From an uncultured Acetatifactor sp. (GTDB lineage: Bacteria; Bacillota; Clostridia; Lachnospirales; Lachnospiraceae), in NCBI GenBank assembly GCA_950096775.1, contig CATNDL010000025.1:1338-65337 (forward strand): 64,000 nt of DNA, given 5' to 3'. The translations under genes were made by a program, and so were the position numbers. The notes beneath the pieces were generated by a model. The model was not told where the DNA came from. It saw only the letters and a program-made list of their open reading frames with translations, and did no database searches. Positions 59,786-64,000 of the stretch are shown here, in pieces (position 1 is the stretch's first letter; the number at the start of each line of letters is the position of its first letter).

Positions 59786-60916
59786 TTACCTGTAGAATTC
59801 CCGGAGCTTCCCGCAGATATAATCCACCTGCTCCAGCTCCAGGCCATAGTACATAGGCAGGCGCAGCAGGCGCTCACTCTCTTTGGTGGTATACCTGTCC
59901 TCCCCGTGGAACCGGCCGAACTTCAGGCCCGCCGGCGCGGTGTGGAGGGGCACATAGTGGAATACCGCGTGGATCTCATTCTTTTTCAGGTAATCGATCA
60001 GCGCCGTCCTCTCCTCGATGTCCTTTGTCTTGATATAGAACATGTGCCCGTTGTGCACGCAGCCCTCCGGCACCACCGGCAGCTCTATCCTCCCCGCCTG
60101 GCCCAGGATCCGGAGATTATCGCAATACCGTTCCCATATTGCCAGCCTGGCGTCATTTATTTCCTCCGCGATCTCAAGCTGGGCATAGAGATAGGCAGCG
60201 TTCATGTCGCTGGGCAGGTAGGAGGAGCCGTAATTGATCCATGTGTACTTGTCGATCTGGCCCCGGTAGTACTTGCTGCGGTTGGTCCCCTTCTCCCGGA
60301 TGATCTCCGCCTCCTCCACGTTCCTCCCGTCCCGGATTAGGAGCGCGCCGCCCTCCCCCATGCTGTAGTTCTTGGTCTCATGGAAGCTGAAGCACCCGAA
60401 GTCGCCTATGGTGCCCAAAGCCTTCCCCTTGTAGGTGGCCATGATGCCCTGGGCCGCGTCCTCGACCACCGCCAGGCGGTGCCTGGCCGCGATATCCATA
60501 ATCGTATCCATCTCACAGGCCACACCGGCATAGTGGACCGGCACGATGGCTTTGGTGCGCTCCGTCACCGCCTCCTCTATGAGCTTCTCGTCCATGTTCA
60601 TGGTATCCGGCCTGATGTCCACGAACACAGGCACAGCCCCCCGCAGCACAAAGGCGTCCGCCGTGGAGACGAAGGTGTAGGCAGGCATGATGACCTCGTC
60701 GCCGGGCCCGATGTCGGGCAGCAGAAGGGCGGCAAGCTCCGTGGCATGGGTGCAGGAAGTGGTGAGCAGACATTTGGCCGTGCCCGTCTTCCTCTCGATC
60801 CATTCGCTGCATTTCTTCGTATACGGCCCGTCGCCGCAGATCTTCTGGTTCTTCACACATTCCTGGATATAGCCCATGGCCTTTTCGGCATAGGGCGGCA
60901 CGTTAAAATTTATCAT
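59786..60916 (-). CDS. wecE: dTDP-4-amino-4,6-dideoxygalactose transaminase (RffA/WecE)
   Basis: GDGPYTKKC, LTTSCTHA, YTFVSTA, VEDAAQ, SFHETKNYSMGEGG, EKGTNR, HYVPLH. Confidence 0.9.
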   Translation of the reverse strand: MINFNVPPYAEKAMGYIQECVKNQKICGDGPYTKKCSEWIERKTGTAKCLLTTSCTHATELAALLLPDIGPGDEVIMPAYTFVSTADAFVLRGAVPVFVDIRPDTMNMDEKLIEEAVTERTKAIVPVHYAGVACEMDTIMDIAARHRLAVVEDAAQGIMATYKGKALGTIGDFGCFSFHETKNYSMGEGGALLIRDGRNVEEAEIIREKGTNRSKYYRGQIDKYTWINYGSSYLPSDMNAAYLYAQLEIAEEINDARLAIWERYCDNLRILGQAGRIELPVVPEGCVHNGHMFYIKTKDIEERTALIDYLKKNEIHAVFHYVPLHTAPAGLKFGRFHGEDRYTTKESERLLRLPMYYGLELEQVDYICGKLREFYR

Positions 60917-60976
60917 GATGATTCCCTCCATTCCGTTTTCCTGTCCTGTTTCCATCTATGTCAGGGCCTCATGGCC

Positions 60977-61912
60977 TCAGGTCCCTTCCCGCTGCCGCAC
61001 ATCCGTAATCCTGCGGATGATGTATTTGGGGCGGCCCTTCACTTCCTCATAGATTCTGGCGATATAATGGCCGATGACCCCCAGGCTCAGCATCAGGAAG
61101 CCGCCGATGACCAAAATCAGCAGGATCACCGTGGTAAAGCCCTCCACCGCGGTTCCCGAGAGGTACTTCACAAAGGTCTGGATGAACAGCACCACGCTGA
61201 ACAGGATGGATATCATCCCCATCACCGTCACAAGCTGCAGGGGCAGGGTGCTGAAGGACGTGGCGTTGGTGACTGCATATTTCATCAGGCTTAAGGTAGA
61301 CCATTTGCTCTCCCCGAACTGCCTCTCCTGCACCTGGTAGGAGACGTACTCCCTGCGGAACCCCGCCCAGAAGCTCAGCGCCCGGAAAAAGGTGTTCCGC
61401 TCCGGCAGCCCTAACAGCACGTCCACCACCTTCCTGTCCAGGAGCTTGAAGTCCGAGGAGGCGTTCATGTCCATCTTGATCAGTCTGCTCATGACCTTGT
61501 AGAACAGGCCCGCCGAGAGCTTATGGGCCAGGCTTTCCCTGCCTCTGCTCTCCTTGATGCCCTCCACCACCTCCGCGCCGCCGCGCCACAGCTTCCACAT
61601 CTCCAGGACCACCTCCGGCGGATGCTGCAGGTCGCAGTCCATGACCACCACTGCGTCCCCCGCCGCCAGGGACAGCCCTGCGAAGATGGCCGCCTCCTTC
61701 CCGAAGTTCCGGGAGAACTCCGCCCCCCTGACCTTCGGGTTCTCCGCCGCCGCCTTCTGTATCTGGGCGAAGGTGGCGTCCCGGGAGCCGTCGCTGACGA
61801 ATACAAGTTCGTAGTCAATAGCGTTTTCCGTAAGCATCCCTGTCAGTACCTTCACCGTGTTGGGAATATTCTGCTCCTCATTGTAGGCCGGCAGCACGAT
61901 TGATAATAGCAT
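60977..61912 (-). CDS. GtrB/ArnC-like polyprenol-phosphate glycosyltransferase (GT2)
   Basis: VLPAYNEE, SDGSRD, SRNFGKEAA, MDCDLQHPP, SSDFKL, two C-terminal TM helices, YIARIYEEVKGRP. Confidence 0.9.
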   Translation of the reverse strand: MLLSIVLPAYNEEQNIPNTVKVLTGMLTENAIDYELVFVSDGSRDATFAQIQKAAAENPKVRGAEFSRNFGKEAAIFAGLSLAAGDAVVVMDCDLQHPPEVVLEMWKLWRGGAEVVEGIKESRGRESLAHKLSAGLFYKVMSRLIKMDMNASSDFKLLDRKVVDVLLGLPERNTFFRALSFWAGFRREYVSYQVQERQFGESKWSTLSLMKYAVTNATSFSTLPLQLVTVMGMISILFSVVLFIQTFVKYLSGTAVEGFTTVILLILVIGGFLMLSLGVIGHYIARIYEEVKGRPKYIIRRITDVRQREGT

Positions 61913-61928
61913 CCTGTCCCTCCTGAAA

Positions 61929-63509
61929 TCAACGGTTTACGTTCTCTGTCTTGATGTACATGACCCCATCTATGATGCGGATGGAATCCGGCCCCGGGAA
62001 GCTGTCCATGGCCATGTACTCCTCCGACATGTACATGTCCTCCATGGCCTCCTCGGGCAGCACGTTCAGCGTGGCCCCCAGATAATGCCTGATGAATAGC
62101 TGGTAGTTCTTTCCCGTGTACAGCAGGCTGTCGCCGCTCAGGCCGATCATGTTGGAGGTCACGGGCAGCGTGATGTCCGTCACCGGGAACTGCTCGTCCC
62201 CCACCACGCCGATCATGGCTATGGGGATGCCATGGTAGTACCCTTCCGTCTGCTCGATCCTGTCCAGCAGCCGCAGACAGTATGCATAGGTCTTCTCATA
62301 GCGCTTCTGCAGGTTGGAGTAGGCGATGTTGTCCGCCACGCCGTAGCAGAAGACCAAAGTGCCCGCCGCGGCCAGCCCCAGCCATTCCATCCAGGCGCCC
62401 CGCTCCGTCCTCCCCCCCTGTCCGCTTATCAGCGCCACCGCCCCGATGGCGTACAGCACCCACTGATACCGCATCAGCAGGTGGTAGTTCACGTCAGGGG
62501 AGACCACCAGAATGATGTTCGACGCCACAGGCAGCAGCAGGAGCGTCAATCCTATTATAGCGAAAAGCAGCGGATTCTTCCAGCACTTTCTCCTCCGGAT
62601 CAAAAAAAACGCCGCCGCTGCCGCCAGCGCCCCCAGGACGCACCAGGCGGCCAGGGAGAAGGCATTGGTGAACAGCACGTTCCCCCTGAGGGAGAAGGTG
62701 AAGAAATCCCGGTATATCCCTCCCAGGGCCTCCGGGATCCCCCCGGACAGGAAGCCGCCGCCCAGGCCGTCGATGCCCTGGTAATGGTCCAGCTCCTTGC
62801 CCTGGATCCAAAGGAGGGCCTGCAGGATGGCATAATAGAGCCCGCCGCCCAACACCCCCATGTACAGATAGCGCAGCGAGGCCAGGAGCCTGTCCTTCAG
62901 GGGCAGCTTTTCGTCCAGGAGCGTCATCCACAGGGCAAAGATGGCCAGAATCATGGCGAAGGAGAGATACCCCTGATAAATCCCCATGCTGAAGGCCAGG
63001 CAGAAGGCCCCTGGCACGAAGCCCAGCCTACGCTTCCTCACCGCCAGCACCGAGAGCACGGAGAGCAGCAGCGCCAGCATATAACCGTCCAGGGTGTACA
63101 CATAGGCAAAGGTGGATGCCAGCGCCGGGAAGGCCGCCAGCAGACCGCTGACCAGCGCCACGGCCCAGATCCTGCGCACCTCCAGGAGCTCGCACAGCGC
63201 CGCGGCAGCGCACCCCAGGAAAGCAAGTCCCAGGATGCCGATCAGCCACGGCACAGTATAATAGGAAGAAAAGCCGCAGGCCACCGACAGGAACCACCTG
63301 CCCGAAGTGATCATGTTCTGGTGGAAATACATGCTGTCCAGCCCGTCATGATTGGGAATGTCCGAAATCAGAGCGGGCATGTGGATCAAAAGCCCCAGCA
63401 GGAAGCAGGTGAGGAATGCCGTCTTCCACTCCCGCCTGATCCTGCGATATACTGTTTCGAATGCCTGTCCTGGAGTCATCCCGCTCCACCGCCCTTCCTT
63501 TTTGTCCAT
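61929..63509 (-). CDS. GT-C-type membrane glycosyltransferase (Glucos_trans_II-like)
   Basis: NHDG, SGRWFL, YQGYLS motifs and about 11 TM helices; start uncertain (63515, 63509 or 63480). Confidence 0.72.
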   Translation of the reverse strand: MDKKEGRWSGMTPGQAFETVYRRIRREWKTAFLTCFLLGLLIHMPALISDIPNHDGLDSMYFHQNMITSGRWFLSVACGFSSYYTVPWLIGILGLAFLGCAAAALCELLEVRRIWAVALVSGLLAAFPALASTFAYVYTLDGYMLALLLSVLSVLAVRKRRLGFVPGAFCLAFSMGIYQGYLSFAMILAIFALWMTLLDEKLPLKDRLLASLRYLYMGVLGGGLYYAILQALLWIQGKELDHYQGIDGLGGGFLSGGIPEALGGIYRDFFTFSLRGNVLFTNAFSLAAWCVLGALAAAAAFFLIRRRKCWKNPLLFAIIGLTLLLLPVASNIILVVSPDVNYHLLMRYQWVLYAIGAVALISGQGGRTERGAWMEWLGLAAAGTLVFCYGVADNIAYSNLQKRYEKTYAYCLRLLDRIEQTEGYYHGIPIAMIGVVGDEQFPVTDITLPVTSNMIGLSGDSLLYTGKNYQLFIRHYLGATLNVLPEEAMEDMYMSEEYMAMDSFPGPDSIRIIDGVMYIKTENVNR

Positions 63510-63680
63510 GTCCATGTCTCCCGTGCCCGCTCTGCCCCGTCCCCCGTCGCATGGATACCTGCGCAGACAGCCCTGGCTGCCCGTTTTATTACCGCTTTGC
63601 CGTCTTTCAGTGATACCCCCGCACAACTTTCTTCCTCCGCCTTGTCCCGGCGCGGACATCAGGCACTGATTCGCGGGAAT

Positions 63681-64000
63681 TCACGCATCTGTGTACCAGG
63701 CTCCGTCCTCCGGCTCCAGCGCTTCCATGATCCGCTCCGCGATCTTTTCCCGCCCCGCCTCGTTGGGGTGAAGCCCGTCCATGGTGTACCGCTCCCAGTC
63801 CTCCCACTCCCCGTGGGGGAAGAAATCATGGTAGAGATCCACCGTCTCTATGCCCAGCTCCTCCCCCAGCTCCATCTGCGCCTCCACATACTCCTCCAGG
63901 AGCCCTCCCCCATTGTCCAGCTCCTCACAGGTCAGGCCCATATCCGGATACCAGGTATAGGTGGGCGTGATGAACAGGATCCGCACCTTTGGGTTGACCC
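63681..64000 (-). CDS. SGNH hydrolase, C-terminal part (gene truncated by the window edge)
   Basis: RILFITPT, VDLY, DGLHPN block V; the frame stays open to the edge. Confidence 0.8.
   Translation of the reverse strand, partial: VNPKVRILFITPTYTWYPDMGLTCEELDNGGGLLEEYVEAQMELGEELGIETVDLYHDFFPHGEWEDWERYTMDGLHPNEAGREKIAERIMEALEPEDGAWYTDA

Overview
A high-GC, Firmicutes-type chromosomal segment, most likely Lachnospiraceae/Clostridia judging from gene content and order (inference). Almost all genes lie on the minus strand. Left half (1-31 kb) is mostly housekeeping: glutamine synthetase III, U32 peptidase/trmR/short mltG-like, rnj, fur, DUF1292-ruvX-ireB, mtaB, an HPr-like gene, thiI-iscS, rsmE-prmA, hrcA-grpE-dnaK-dnaJ with a perfect CIRCE operator, uppP, a patatin, an aminotransferase and glpK. 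An ECF sigma / RsgI-like anti-sigma / secreted His-Cys-rich protein module and an O-antigen-ligase-like gene sit between dnaJ and prmA. Right half (31-64 kb) is a large cell-envelope glycan locus: GT2 enzymes, pgm, a soluble hybrid kinase, an MBOAT/SGNH pair, a methyltransferase with a kinase-like domain, Wzm/Wzt, rmlA/B/C interleaved with two GH25 muramidases, SGNH hydrolases, GT-C-like membrane proteins and a wecE + GtrB-like + GT-C set. I found no rRNA, tRNA, CRISPR array, integrase or transposase. The best leads are the putative metal-sensing ECF module, a WbdD/WsaE-like glycan capping system, a 132-bp palindromic tandem array, a CsrA-site-like CAGGAU array before rmlC, an ANTAR-like attenuator before glnN, and recurrent in-frame repeat insertions in conserved enzymes. 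All family assignments come from motif recognition by eye; no database search was run. Many start codons were moved from the ORF track to the RBS-supported start.
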